A stretch of DNA of 64,000 bases from Leptogorgia sarmentosa (taxonomy: Eukaryota). The notes under the pieces were generated by a model. It did no database searches. It was not told the DNA's origin and saw only the letters and a program-made list of their open reading frames with translations. The DNA is taken from positions 8,990,001-9,054,000 of the forward strand of contig OZ210885.1 of the NCBI GenBank assembly GCA_964658305.1, read 5' to 3'. This document shows positions 1 through 12,277 of this stretch, one piece after another; the first letter of the stretch is position 1, and each line of letters begins with the position of its first letter. A program made the position numbers and the translations under genes.

Positions 1-600
1 AACAAAATGAGAAATAAACAAAATGACAAAAAGCCAAAAAGCCAACACGCGATAATCGGACCTCCGTCGTCCGGGCGTAAGTCAGGGGCGAGGCCGGGTA
101 AACGGCAATTTACTCCCGAGCAAAGGACAAAACAAACTGTGGACAAGAAAGAGGGAACAGAATGATTTTTCAACGAGCAAATCAATTTTATCAATAATAT
201 ATCATCATATATTTCTTAAAATACAATTTTTGTTCTTTCAGTTTACAATTTTTCGCAGAGGTCCACAACGCCCCGCTGCGAAAGCCGCATTATCCAATCG
301 GATTGCTTCATTTTTACGAATAAAAATGATCATTATCAGACACATCGCAACTTGTTTCAATTTGTTCAAACTGAACGGTTGTTAATAACGTCCGTAGGGA
401 CATGACGTTGATATGATAGTTAAGTTCAGACTGTTATATTAAAGATTCAACTACGATATATTGGAGCATTCCATGCAGCTAAAAATTTACTGTATGGAGA
501 GACATACCAAAAATTTGAAAACAAATATATATATATATATATATACTCTACTAAGGGCGCTTTCCATTACAGTCGCTTTGCCATCTCGTAAAAGTAAGTT

Positions 601-1815
601 GTACTACTTCAGAAACTCTCTGCTGTCGGAGCCTCGCCTGCCGTGGTCCAGTGGTTCCGGAGTTACCTATCCGATCGGACACAGTTGGTACGCATTGACT
701 CGGTGCTGTCAGATCCATTACCAATCACACACGGAGTCCCACAGGGAGCGATTCTTCCGCCGCTCCTTTTTTGTATTTACATAAACGACCTACCTGGCGC
801 TCCCCAATTCAGTCAGCTCGAGTCATATGTTGACGACTCCAAAGTTCTACTATCGTTTCCTGTAAATGACGTCAATAACGCCAAGACCAAGCTTGAAAAA
901 GATCTACGAAATGTAGCCTTCTGGTGCTGTAAAAACGACTTGTTGATAAACCCCGACAAAACGAAGTTCATGCTGATTGGGACCAGGCAAATGATGAGTA
1001 AACATTCAGTTGATTTTACTGTTTCTTTCATGGGAAAGTCTCTCACTACTGTCGAATCGGCAAAAGACCCGGGAGTCTATATTGATGCGCATTTGACTTA
1101 TGACACCCATATCTCTCATCTGGTCTCCTCCTGTCTGTCAAAACTAGTGCAGATCAATCGTACCAAACATAGTTTTGATAGAGAGACCTTACTATTAATT
1201 ATTACATCTCTGGTATTCAGCAAATTGCTTTATTGTTCAACAGTTTGGGCAAACACATCAGCTAAAAACCTTCAAAAGCTTCAACTCATCCAAAACTTTG
1301 CCTGTAAAATCATCACAGGTGGCCGCAAATATGACCATGTGACGCCCTTACTCAAAGAACTAAACTGGCTCCCAGTCAGTGAGACACTTAAGTTTAGAGA
1401 TGCGATTATGGCCTACAAATGTTTTAATAACTTAGCACCTGATTATCTATGCTCTAAGTTAAAAAAAACGATCTTGTATTCACAATCGTAAAACTCGCAA
1501 TAATGATAACTTGCAAATTCCTCTGTTTAATTAAGCAAGTGGCCAGAGAACCTTCTCTTATAGAGCGGTCTCTCTGTGGAACAGGCTCGATGTAGATTTA
1601 AAAAACTCTGCATCCGTGAAAGCTTTTAAAAAGCTTTACTTGCAAAGACTCTTACAAGAATGAATGACTGTAGTATACTTGCATATGTTTTAGTAAATGG
1701 TTTATTGATAGAATTTAGAAACCTTATTTTATTTATATTCATATATTAGTTTGTAATTTTGTAAATAGTTACTGAAAAGCCTTTATAGGAGTAATTATTA
1801 AAGTATTACTTACTT
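601..1815 (+). mobile_element. 5'-truncated non-LTR retrotransposon (CR1/L2-like LINE): C-terminal RT plus 3' tail
   Basis: ORF 643-1491 has WFRSYLSDRTQ, GVPQGAILPPLLF, YINDLP, YVDDS and YDHVTPLLKELNWLP motifs; frameshift at the A-run near 1461-1469; ends in an AT-rich tail (tattacttactta); possible short TSD gttgtac. Confidence 0.9.
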
Positions 1816-2009
1816 ATTAATGTTGTACAGCGCGCACGCCAAGAAAGTTGAATAAAGCTCACTACAGCTTGTAAGCGTGTCCCCGCGGGCAAAATCAGAC
1901 AAGGAATGCTAATATTCAACACCCTTAACGAAAAGTAAAACATGTTCGCTAAGCTCGCGCGGGCAAAGCGACATGAAGACATGAGACTGACCGGAAAGGT
2001 CATAGATTG

Positions 2010-2419
2010 TCAGGGAACTATCACGTATTCAAGTTCTTCACTACTTCCAGTTCCATTGCTACTCATGTTTGGCGTAGAATGCTGTTGAAAATCTTTGTCT
2101 GGTTGTGCATGATGTTTCTCAACATTCAAACTTTGATAATTTGCAGCAATAGGAACTCTCTTCGATTTGTCAGGTTGTGCGTACGGCGATGGTTCTTCGT
2201 ATCCACTTTGGGAATCTGGTATTCGCGGTAGATCTATACGTGGTGACAAGACGTCGTCATAACCAGTATTTTCATTATTCTCAATATTTCTCTGGTTTGT
2301 TCCGACTGTTTTTCTTTTGAAGAGGATACACACTGTGGAAATAACTACTGCCACTACAACCACAGCCGCGACTACGATTCCAATGATGATGCCGATGTTG
2401 ATCGATGAACTTGGTTTAA
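2010..2419 (-). CDS. Terminal exon: TM helix and cytoplasmic tail
   Basis: IGIIIGIVVAAVVVVAVVISTVCILF followed by KRK; acceptor tatacag; TGA stop. Confidence 0.85.
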
Positions 2420-5400
2420 CTGTATATGAAAAATATTGAATTATTCTCTGGATCAAGTAGCTACTCTTGTTTCTCGGCTAACATCGCTTGATTTTGCATA
2501 TTATAAAAATAGGGGCCTGTTGAGTGTTTCTGTTGCCGATTTAGAGGAACTTTATTGAAAGTGATGGAACACGTGTAACATTCAATTGAAGCGATTAAAA
2601 TTGGCAATTACAGAAAGAACGGTTAAGCTGCAGCCACTGTTGAATATCGTTAATTGGAATCGATTGTTTTTATGATCTGTGAACACTGGAATTGCAATCT
2701 AAAACTGTGTTTCATAAATTGTGTTCTATAACGGCGAAAAGAATGTCAATTGAAAAACAGAACTATAAAGTGTGTTTTTGTGTATTCCGTAACATGGTAT
2801 GCATTTCGTGTTAAATGATCCACTTTCCGACATGCGAGATTCTACCTATCATTAGTTCAAGAATTATACAGGGTGTATGAAAATATCCCCTAAACTAACG
2901 AACGCACGAAATTTGTAAAAACGTTCAGGTAACCTTAGCACTCTCTGGTTCATCTATCACTGAGTTATTTGAAAATCTACCTTTTTTAGAGTAGGAAATT
3001 TGATGGTGGAATTGGAAAGCTCTTTAAAAATGACTTGCGCACAAATTACTGAGTATTTCTTAGCAGTGTCGCATAATTGGCGTTCTCTGTGGTCGTTGGA
3101 GCATTCTGGCCCGGGGACTCTTTCATCATGTCTCTACCATTGTGTGACACCCGTTAAACAAAGACCTCAACAGGTAGTACCCGATATTTCTCAATTGAGA
3201 ACATGGGTAATGCCCACGCTGGACTATCGTCTAAGTAGCCTGGCCTGGTAAATTATGAACAGTGATTGCCCGGGTCTATAATCATATGCATTTAGTCAGG
3301 CCAGAGTGGTGAGCAGCGAGCTCGATTTAGCTCAAGTGGTAAAGCACGCGGTGCGTGCGTTGCAGTTCTATAGTTCAAGCCCCAGTTCGACACATTTTTT
3401 CAGCGTTAGTGATGAAAACTTTTTTTTCCTCAATATTTTTCTGACCGTAATGGTCAGAGTTAGGATTCTAGGGTCTTGGTTTTGGATTAGTATATAGAAA
3501 AATGGTTTATATCTAACACTACTATAACTATATCAAGAGTAATACTGAAACGCCGACCAGCAATCTCAGGCGATAGTCTAGCGTGGGCATTACCCGTGTT
3601 CTCAATTGAGAAATATTGGGTACTACCCGTGAGGTCTTTGTTCAACGGCTGTGTATGACGTCCCCGTATTGAATCGTCAAAAACGCTTGGTATCTTCAAG
3701 GTTGTATCGACGCATCCGGACATGCAGGAGGCCATCATATTTACATTGGCATCATACTACATGCAATCACATTGTATTTCCAGATTTTTTTGAAACAAAA
3801 CTTACCAACACAGGAGCCTTTACCATCTCCAAATAATCCTGGATTGCACGTGCACGTATATGATCCAATGTTGTTATCGCAAGTGGCATTCTGGTGACAA
3901 ATAGATGTATTTTCACATTCGTCGATATCTAAACAAACATTGCTAACGCAATGTTAACGCCAACTAAAATACAGTAGTCTGGGATATCGGGCTACAGGGC
4001 CATGTTCTGCGAGGTTCTGGACCACAAAGTCAAACTCGTACTGAACCCATGGCAAGAACTTAAAATTTTGCTACATACTGCAGCATCAACGAGAGAATTT
4101 GAGATTTCAATACGACATCATTCAATGCGACTGTTTGGTTACTTTTAGAAAACGTCTGAGATGCTTGGGACCCAAAAAGAAAGAGCAATGCTTACAGCGA
4201 AGATCACATGCGAGCTCTACTGAAGAAATCTAATGTCCAGGACTATCTACCTACAGGGGTATTTGACATGCTTTGCGTCTACGACATGGAATGCATGTCA
4301 GACATCATTGTTTTGTTCAGTTGATCAGTGAAAGTAATTGCGATGGCGTTCAGTTCAGAAAAACTAGACGTCTGCATAGAAGGCCGTATTGAAGTAAGGG
4401 AGCTAATGTGTGCTGGCACTTATATGCTAGGATTATGTTTCCCGAATAATATAACAATTTGTATTATAGTTGTACTTAATGTACGTTTCGACTATATTTT
4501 AGTCATCACAGAATAGATTATTTACCCAGATCATTAAAGTACTCGGTGATTCCGCCATTGTTTGTATATATTGCCTTGATATTTACAGCGATTTTTGTGA
4601 GCAGTATTTAAAATTTTGCAACAAAACTTACCAACACACGAATCTTTACCATCTCCAGATAAGCCCGGATTGCACGTGCATGTATATGATCTAAAGTTGT
4701 TATCACAAGTGGCATTCTGGTGACAGATAGATGTATTTTCACATTCGTCGATATCTAAACAAAGTTTTATAATTTAGAAATGACAACGCCCACTAAGTAT
4801 TTGTCCGCATGCTAAATATATACGACTATAGCGTATTTTCTTAAACATACACTTCGACTTTTGGCTTTTCCCGCAAAATCCATCACCATATCTCGAAAGT
4901 GCATTTTAGAATTAGTAAAAGTGCATTCTTTCGTTGCGAAATATTGTTAAAATCAATGCGCAAAATATAAATGTGCATGAAAACAGGGGAATTTTTACCA
5001 TACATATCCAATAATATAGGAGGAATTTTTTTCACCACCTTGAAGCTGAAAATGGTGCAGATTTCCTCACATAAATGTATTGCACATATTCAAATTTTGC
5101 ATGGCATTTACAACATTTCACGACCAAATTTAGCAATTTTACCACTGATTTTGACAAACTATTTCTAGCTCTTGTGATGGATTCGTTCTTTTGGTCTAAA
5201 AAATTCACCGCAAGCTACTAGAATTGTTTGACATCGTGGGCATGGCTGAAAATATATTTGCTTTACACAGTTCACTCATCATACATGATTCCTTTGTCTC
5301 GAAGACGTTTTGCCAATAAAAATATCACTTCCTACCAGGTGTATCCATCCCAGCGGTAATCACAAAGGTCTTTAAGGAAACCAACCAATGCGAATGCTAT

Positions 5401-8400
5401 GAACTACTGACATGATAACTGCGAAAAACATGGCCCAATTCAACTCATGCTCAACTCAAGGCTTGTGAAACACAAACCTTCACAATATGTTCCATTTCCT
5501 GTTAATCCAGATTTACACTGGCAATCATACCCCCCGGGCTTATTTGTACACGTGGCATACACATCACAGTAACCACCGAGGCAACATTCATCCACATCTT
5601 GCATAAAATAAAAATAAAAGTTTATAAACATTGCAAAATTCGCCATAATACACGTGGGGAAAAAACAAACTTACCATCAGCAGCAGCAACCGCACTTGTG
5701 GCTGTCCTGATGCTGTATGTTTCCAAAACCTCTTCACTTTCTTTGTCAATTATGTCAAGTTCAGCACTAGTTGGATTGAGAACATACAGGTATCTTTCGC
5801 CTTGGGCAATTTTAATGGCAGCTATTGGTCCAGCGTATTCTGTTAATTGGACTGTTGTTTGATTGTAATATGTCTTCATTACTTCGTAAGTATCGCTACC
5901 ACTTATGTAATTCGTCCAATAAACCACTTTCTTAGCCTCATCGACGCTAACATCTCCAGGAAAACCTCCAGCTGGAACAAATTCTGATGCGGTAGAAAGA
6001 TTGTATCGTCCAATATCGCCATGATTGTCAGAGTTGGAAAAATATAACACGCTGTAAGACAACATCAAAAAAATCGCTGATATTCCATGAGGAAGGGATA
6101 AAGAAAATTATAAAGGAAATCTGATTGCATTTTAAAGGATCCAGAAGTTATGTAAAACGAATAGCTTGAATACTACAGTATATGGTGGACAATATAAAGA
6201 CACTATGATAATAATAATAAATAAATGGAAACTTCATTGGAATTCTTATACAAAAATTATTATAAATCTCACTAGTTTATATGTAAATTATGTTGATTAC
6301 TTGAACCTTTATAGCTATTTATGGTTCACAAATCAAACTGATTAAAAAATAATTTAGGAATGTATATCAGATCTGTAGTAATACTAGATTCGTCCAGTCT
6401 ATTTCTGCAGCTAAATACATACGTTATTTATTGCTCTTATCGCGATGGACATAATACATAATACAATAATGGTTTTTTCTCAAAAGAGCAATGTTGACCA
6501 GAAAGCATAACTTTACACCAATTGAAGTTCCAATTAGTGCAAAATGACAAAGTGAAACGTACCGAGAGACTGCATCAAAATCAAGATCTCTTACGCCAGT
6601 AGCGTCAGGGATGATATTGGAAATGTCTGAGCTGTTTGATATTGGAAATCTTTTCAAATCGTTGTTAACCACACTTTTGTAATAAATGTATCTCGCTATA
6701 TGATCAATGGTAAAAGCATCAATGTCGATGCCCGATGAAATTACTGTTTGATTATTTCCATCCAATTTCATAGTGTATAAAATATTGCCATCGTCAGTGA
6801 AATACAGCATTCCTTTAGTCAATTTATCATATTCCAGTTTTGCATTCGTAGCCGATGCTATGGTCGTGATGCTCAACCCGTTGCTTACGACATAAATTTC
6901 AGAAGCAGTAGCCAAGTATATTGAGTCTATGTAACACTTCGGATCTAAAGGAATCAAAATAACGTTAAACAATTAAAAGATTTAAAATGTTCAAAATTTA
7001 GTTTCCTGTAAATAATGAAATTATATTGATTGTGTAGTGCAATTTTTTCACACCGCACTTACAATACCCAAAGTTGGCAGAAGATTAATTAGCAGTCAAT
7101 CTATTTTTAATCCAACAAAGCAATCGTCTCATTTTTCAAACTGACGTCCTAAAGGCTGTTTCGCCCACGCAGCTGGATAGGTTAGTACGACTGAAAGTAG
7201 ATATCCACGCTGGGAGGTTCATATCTGCTGCGTATAGAAATGAAAATCTCTAAACATATACATTTTACAACATTGCAGAAAGCCATCACTAACACATACC
7301 TTCACAGACAGTTCCATTTCCTAAAAAACCGCTATTACAAGAACAAGTATACGAACCAATAGTATTAGTACATGTAGCATTCAAGTGGCAATCATGACCA
7401 TTTGCACATTCGTCAATGTCTATAAATGCAAAAAAACAAAACTTCGCAAACTATGCACGGAAAAGTAATTATACTACAGCTGAAGAATAGAGGGTTTGTA
7501 TAGTTGTGTATACATTTTTCAAAATATTTTGCGGCCTGAAATCGTTTTAGAAATAACTTTCTTCTTTTATACACTGTTTTTTTAACAGTGTAGGGGCAAT
7601 AGAGGAACTGTTAAAATTTTGCGTCATCAGTAAAGTTTTGCTTGATGCCAGAAATTCACTCTGGTAAAAAGCCCATGCTGCCAAATTCTCCGTAATCACT
7701 GATTAATGTCAGCACTACATTTATCACTACGGACACTACCACATGCAAATGGGTTCATTGATTTTATCACCGGCACTGGTTCACTAAAATACAAAATTTA
7801 CAAGCCGTTCAAGTCGCATGGCTTGGTAAGAGCAGCTTTTTTACTGACAGCAATCCTTTAGAAAAGGTATACTATTTACATACACACACACAGTACAGGT
7901 GGAATAATCTTACCATTTGTGCCAATTATTTCTTTCGCTCCCGCAAAAACTATGAAGTTTTGAACAATTGTATCGGTTGCTTTGTCAAACTTACGAATGA
8001 CAGATTGAGTTGAATCAAGTACATAATAGTAATTTCCAATTTGCGTAATTGCCGGTCGCCCAGATTGTCCAAATGAACTGCTGATAACCGTCGTATTACC
8101 ATTGTAATCCGTCTTTCGTAACATCAAAGTTTTATCAGGGTTATAACTGATCCAGTAAATGATCCGGTTGCGTCTATCCAGTGTTAACCTGATAGATGAG
8201 CTGTTAGCGTTGAACAACGTCCTCACTTCTCCACTGGTAATATTATAAACAACCAAATCTCTCTCGGAGGTGTCATCGGCAGCAAAGAATAACAGCCTGG
8301 TGATAACGGTTATGACAAACTTTCCAACACATTCTACATTTTGTTTTGCATTTTGAAATATATATCTTTAATTATATCTATTGATTTTTATATTTTATTC

Positions 8401-10222
8401 ATTATACACTTGCGAGTTACATCAGGTAGAATACATCTTGATGTTTTATGCTCAATGAAGAACATAAAAGGGCTATTGGGGACAAATGGATGCAACAAAC
8501 AATGCGCTCAATTCCACACATAATATCATTGTTGTCAATTTCCTGGACGCTGATTGGCTAAAAAGCTTCAACAACTGTGCAAATTAATCTTTAATTTGCA
8601 CAGTGTGCATTATAAAAACAAATAAATAAACGCTTAAATCAACACCAAAATTCTTGTTTTTTTTGTCATTTATTGTCAACTTTGGACAAAAAAGGTTAGT
8701 GGACGTGTACTACAATGATATTAATAACGAAATTACACTTGTTCTTCACGCGTGCAATTTTTCATTAATACTTCTCGAACCGTGTAATTTCCTATACTAA
8801 TTTAGCACAAAATTAAAATTTCATGAAAAATTTCTTTATATTTGCAATACTTACTGCATCATAGGATCCACTTGAATATCGGTCAGATCTTTGTTTCCGT
8901 CAGTGAGCAATTCCGTTAGACCTGTTCCATCAAAGTTTCTCGAGTTGCTGTAATCAGTTGCTGCGGAGACAAAGTAGATTTTTTCGTTCTCATCATCAAC
9001 AGTGAATCGTTTTACGCCTCCACCAATTCCAAACAAATTCTGGATATCAGAACCATCCAGATTCATTGATTGCAACGCCGTTGTCACTTCATCGAAAACG
9101 TAGAGTCTTCTTGTGCTAACATCGTAACCCAACTTCGAATTGATTGCCGAACGGATGACAGTACTTTCCCCACCACTTGATGGCACATACATAACATGAG
9201 TAGCATTCGCATAAACAATATACTCTAATTCAGCTGAAATTTGAAAACGATTATCTCAAAACTCATTTGAGGATGACGGAATCGCCACAACGAGAATTAG
9301 GTGTTTAAAAAACTCCAAACGCGAGGAAAAAACGAAGCACGAAGGAAAATTCGGAGAAAAACTTCGGCGCATAAAAAAGTTTTCTTTTCGTACATGGGTT
9401 ATCTGTTGTTGAAGTGTTCCCAAAAGTTTTTCGAGAGTTCAAAATGGAGGCGAAAAAGAACTTCTCATACTAGTGCATTTTCAGTGAAATCAGAAAAGAA
9501 GTGAATGTGTAACCTAAAGGCCCATTTACTCCGGCGATATTTTGCTGCGAATTTCTCATTATGAACGATGCGAAGGAGTTGATGAGAAATAAATGATAAC
9601 AACATTGATAAAAAATCTACTCCTTCACATCATTCACAAGAAGAAAATCGCTCCTGAAATCGCAGCATAATCTCCGGTGTGAACACCTGTGCCCTTTACA
9701 ACTGCATGAAAATTATAGAAACTTACAACTTGGAATTGGAATCATGCAAGCACGTTAACCAAAGGTGTGTGTTGATAAATCGATTGTAGAAAATGACTGA
9801 AGGATTTCTTTCGCCTTAGGACACACATTTTTCTCTTCTTTTTGCGAAGAATGACTGTTGTTTCGGCTGGTAGTTGGTAAATTTTCATTGCATGGCGTTT
9901 CTAAAGAATGGTTAGCGGCATGCCAACTTTTCCTTTCTCACTCTTTCTGTCTATTTTATGCTTAAAACTCGATTATAAATCATTTTACACAAAGTAACGT
10001 AGAGAAGTTCTTTGTCGTTCTCAGTTGCTGTAACAAGTGTGCTTCTCGTTTCTTCACTTTTTTTACCCAATCAAGATACTTTTTTGGAGAACAAGGTAAA
10101 AAAAAGTAAATAAAATGACATGGATATAAAAAGGCGGTTTTTCAAAATTACTTATACAACATCTTACTTGCATTGTTTGAAACAACGAGCGCAGCAAACA
10201 TGGCGATTAGAAATGTCGACAT
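2010..10222 (-). CDS. 10-exon gene for a type I membrane protein: signal peptide, 2 YWTD-like beta-propellers, 4 Ca-binding-type EGF repeats, TM helix, Tyr-motif tail (LRP/pro-EGF-like)
   Basis: GT-AG exons 10168-10222, 8855-9233, 7914-8296, 7300-7419, 6563-6944, 5675-6051, 5478-5597, 4632-4754, 3806-3928, 2010-2419; phases are compatible and sum to 2472 nt (823 aa + stop). Confidence 0.85.
3145..3655. mobile_element. MITE-like element with ~100-bp imperfect terminal inverted repeats and an internal tRNA-like segment
   Basis: 3145-3245 is the reverse complement of ~3555-3655; the right part recurs at ~20595-20838. Confidence 0.7.
3806..3928 (-). CDS. EGF exon (DIDECENTSICHQNATCDNNIGSYTCTCNPGLFGDGKGSCV)
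   Basis: 6-Cys cbEGF consensus; phase 1-1 exon with ag/gtaag borders. Confidence 0.9.
4632..4754 (-). CDS. EGF exon, recent duplicate of 3806-3928
   Basis: DIDECENTSICHQNATCDNNFRSYTCTCNPGLSGDGKDSCV; phase 1-1. Confidence 0.88.
5478..5597 (-). CDS. EGF exon (DVDECCLGGYCDVYATCTNKPGGYDCQCKSGLTGNGTYCE)
   Basis: cbEGF pattern with splice sites. Confidence 0.88.
5675..6051 (-). CDS. Beta-propeller 2, C-terminal exon
   Basis: VSVDEAKKVVYWTN (YWTD-like); phase 2-1. Confidence 0.85.
6563..6944 (-). CDS. Beta-propeller 2, N-terminal exon
   Basis: MLYFTDD, MKLDGNNQT, FTIDHIARYIYY; phase 1-2. Confidence 0.85.
7300..7419 (-). CDS. EGF exon (DIDECANGHDCHLNATCTNTIGSYTCSCNSGFLGNGTVCE)
   Basis: cbEGF consensus; phase 1-1. 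Confidence 0.9.
7914..8296 (-). CDS. Beta-propeller 1, C-terminal exon
   Basis: LTLDRRNRIIYWIS, KTDYNG; phase 2-1. Confidence 0.85.
8521..8815 (+). mobile_element. Dispersed hairpin-ended non-autonomous repeat (internally deleted copy)
   Basis: Near-identical to 11920-12277; related minus-strand copies near 35200-35340 and 58770-59680. Confidence 0.75.
8855..9233 (-). CDS. Beta-propeller 1, N-terminal exon
   Basis: SMNLDGSD, FTVDDENEKIYF, NFDGTG; phase 1-2. Confidence 0.85.
9517..9698. mobile_element. Degenerate Harbinger-like MITE
   Basis: taaaggccc...gcccttta ends; internal similarity to ~63315-63500. Confidence 0.35.
10168..10222 (-). CDS. First coding exon, signal peptide MSTFLIAMFAALVVSNNA
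   Basis: Hydrophobic N-terminus; phase-1 gtaag donor matches next exon; acceptor directly before the ATG implies an upstream UTR exon. Confidence 0.75.
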
Positions 10223-10911
10223 CTAGAAAGAAAGCAGAAAATACGATTATATCTGGTCTAATCTGGATATGATTATTATAGCATCACGAATTGCGTAGTA
10301 AAAACATGGTTTTGTGATTCTAAGATGAACTCACTTACGCATAAGAGAACTACTCTGGTGTAATTGGTGTAATTAAGGGTTATTATCCCAGACTTCATAG
10401 TATCCCAGACTTCCGTTAGCGGTAATTTCTAAATTGCTTTCGAAGGAACGTATGTTTCGATTACAGTTTTGACTTTCTTCGTAGTTTCAAGTTTCATAGT
10501 GATAAATTTTAAAATCGGTTTTGTCGAAATGGTGACAAGCTAGACCGAAATGAGCGTTTAGCAAGTATTTTGACCGTTACACTGTTAGAATGTATGCCTT
10601 CTATATAATTCTTTATTAGAGACATCGCTAGAAATGGCGGAGATTGGAACGAACACATCCGTTCTCCACCCAGTCTCTGGGTTCACTCGGATATTTAAAT
10701 TTTATAAGAAACTATATGGTCATCTATTTATTACATGAAATATCTTTTAACTGTCATAAAAATTTAAAAATATGCATCGTATAAATTAATCCTTGAAGTA
10801 ATCTAGTAAAAATAAGGAAAACTATAGCCTGTGACTGGGCGTTAATCCCAAGGAAAGTGTTGCTGTAACACACAAACATAAAAATTCCGGCTGGGTTGTA
10901 GAATAACCACC

Positions 10912-11666
10912 CCTTGGGGTGAGTAATGTTGAACCACTCTTTGGGGTGAGTAATGTTGAACCACTCTTTGTGGTGAGTAATGTCGAACCACTCTTTGGGG
11001 TGAGTAATGTTGGACCACTCTTTGGGGTGAGTAATGTTGAACCACTCTTTGTGGTGAGTAATGTCGAACCACTCTTTGGGGTGAGTAATGTTGGACCACT
11101 CTTTGGGGTGAGTAATGTTGGACCACTCTTTGGGGTGAGTAATGTTGGACCACTCTTTGGGGTGAGTAATGTTGAACCACTCTTTGGGGTGAGTAATGTT
11201 GGACCACTCTTTGGGGTGAGTAATGTTGGACCACTCTTTGGGGTGAGTAATGTTGGACCACTCTTTGGGGTGAGTAATGTTGGACCACTCTTTGGGGTGA
11301 GTAATGTTGGACCACTCTTTGGGGTGAGTAATGTTGAACCACTCTTTGGGGTGAGTAATGTTGGACCACTCTTTGGGGTGAGTAATGTTGGACCACTCTT
11401 TGGGGTGAGTAATGTTGGACCACTCTTTGGGGTGAGTAATGTTGGACCACTCTTTGGGGTGAGTAATGTTGGACCACTCTTTGGGGTGAGTAATGTTGGA
11501 CCACTCTTTGGGGTGAGTAATGTTGGACCACTCTTTGGGGTGAGTAATGTTGGACCACTCTTTGGGGTGAGTAATGTTGGACCACTCTTTGGGGTGAGTA
11601 ATGTTGGACCACTCTTTGGGGTGAGTAATGTTGGACCACTCTTTGGGGTGAGTAATGTTGAACCAC
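10912..11666. repeat. 27-bp minisatellite, ~28 copies (TTTGGGGTGAGTAATGTTGGACCACTC)
   Basis: Head-to-tail units with few variants and no spacers. Confidence 0.97.
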
Positions 11667-11919
11667 GCCTTTCGAGTTTCTCGCAAACTTTCACAAGTGT
11701 TTCTATAAGATATAGAAACCCCGGAAAAATATTTTCTATTTTCTGTATTAAATAGCCGTTTAAAAACAATAAAAAGATAAATTTTATCGAGTTTAATTGC
11801 ATTCATCCAAAGACTCATTTTGTTTTTTAATTTCCCGCGTAATCCACGCAACCCGCGTGAAAGCCCTCATGTCTCTATCGTGTTAAATATACTCTCTAAA
11901 TTCAGTAATTTTCTCGTTT

Positions 11920-12277
11920 AATATCATTGTTGTCAATTTCCTGGACGCTGATTGGCTGAAAAGCTTCGACAACTGTGCGAATTAAACTTAATTGCACAGG
12001 TTTCGAGCCCGCGATACATTATAAAAACGAATAAATAAACGCTCAAATCAACGCTAAAATTCTTGTTTTTTTTGTCATTTATTGTCAACTTTGGACAAAA
12101 AAGGTTAGTGAACGTGTACTACAATGATATTAATACGAAATTACACTTGTTCTCGAAGTATTAATGAAAAATTGCACTTGTGTTTGGCGAAATACCGCTC
12201 GTGCTTCGCACTCGCGGTATTTCGCCAAAAGTACGCGTGCAATTTTTCATTAATACTTCTCGAACCGTGTAATTTCC
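11920..12277 (+). mobile_element. Dispersed non-autonomous element with short internal IR and a long terminal hairpin (Crypton/Helentron-like, unclassified)
   Basis: taatatcattgt...acaatgatatta IR, then a palindrome at ~12140-12277 centred on ctcgtgcttcgcactcg. Confidence 0.7.

Noticed and set aside
9727..9796. Candidate extra exon of the receptor gene
   Set aside because: The frame compatible with the neighbouring exons contains a stop; the signal exon splices in frame without it.
10754..11851. Four long overlapping ORFs (274-365 aa), or a CRISPR-like array
   Set aside because: Products of a stop-poor 27-bp tandem repeat; there are no unique spacers and no cas genes.
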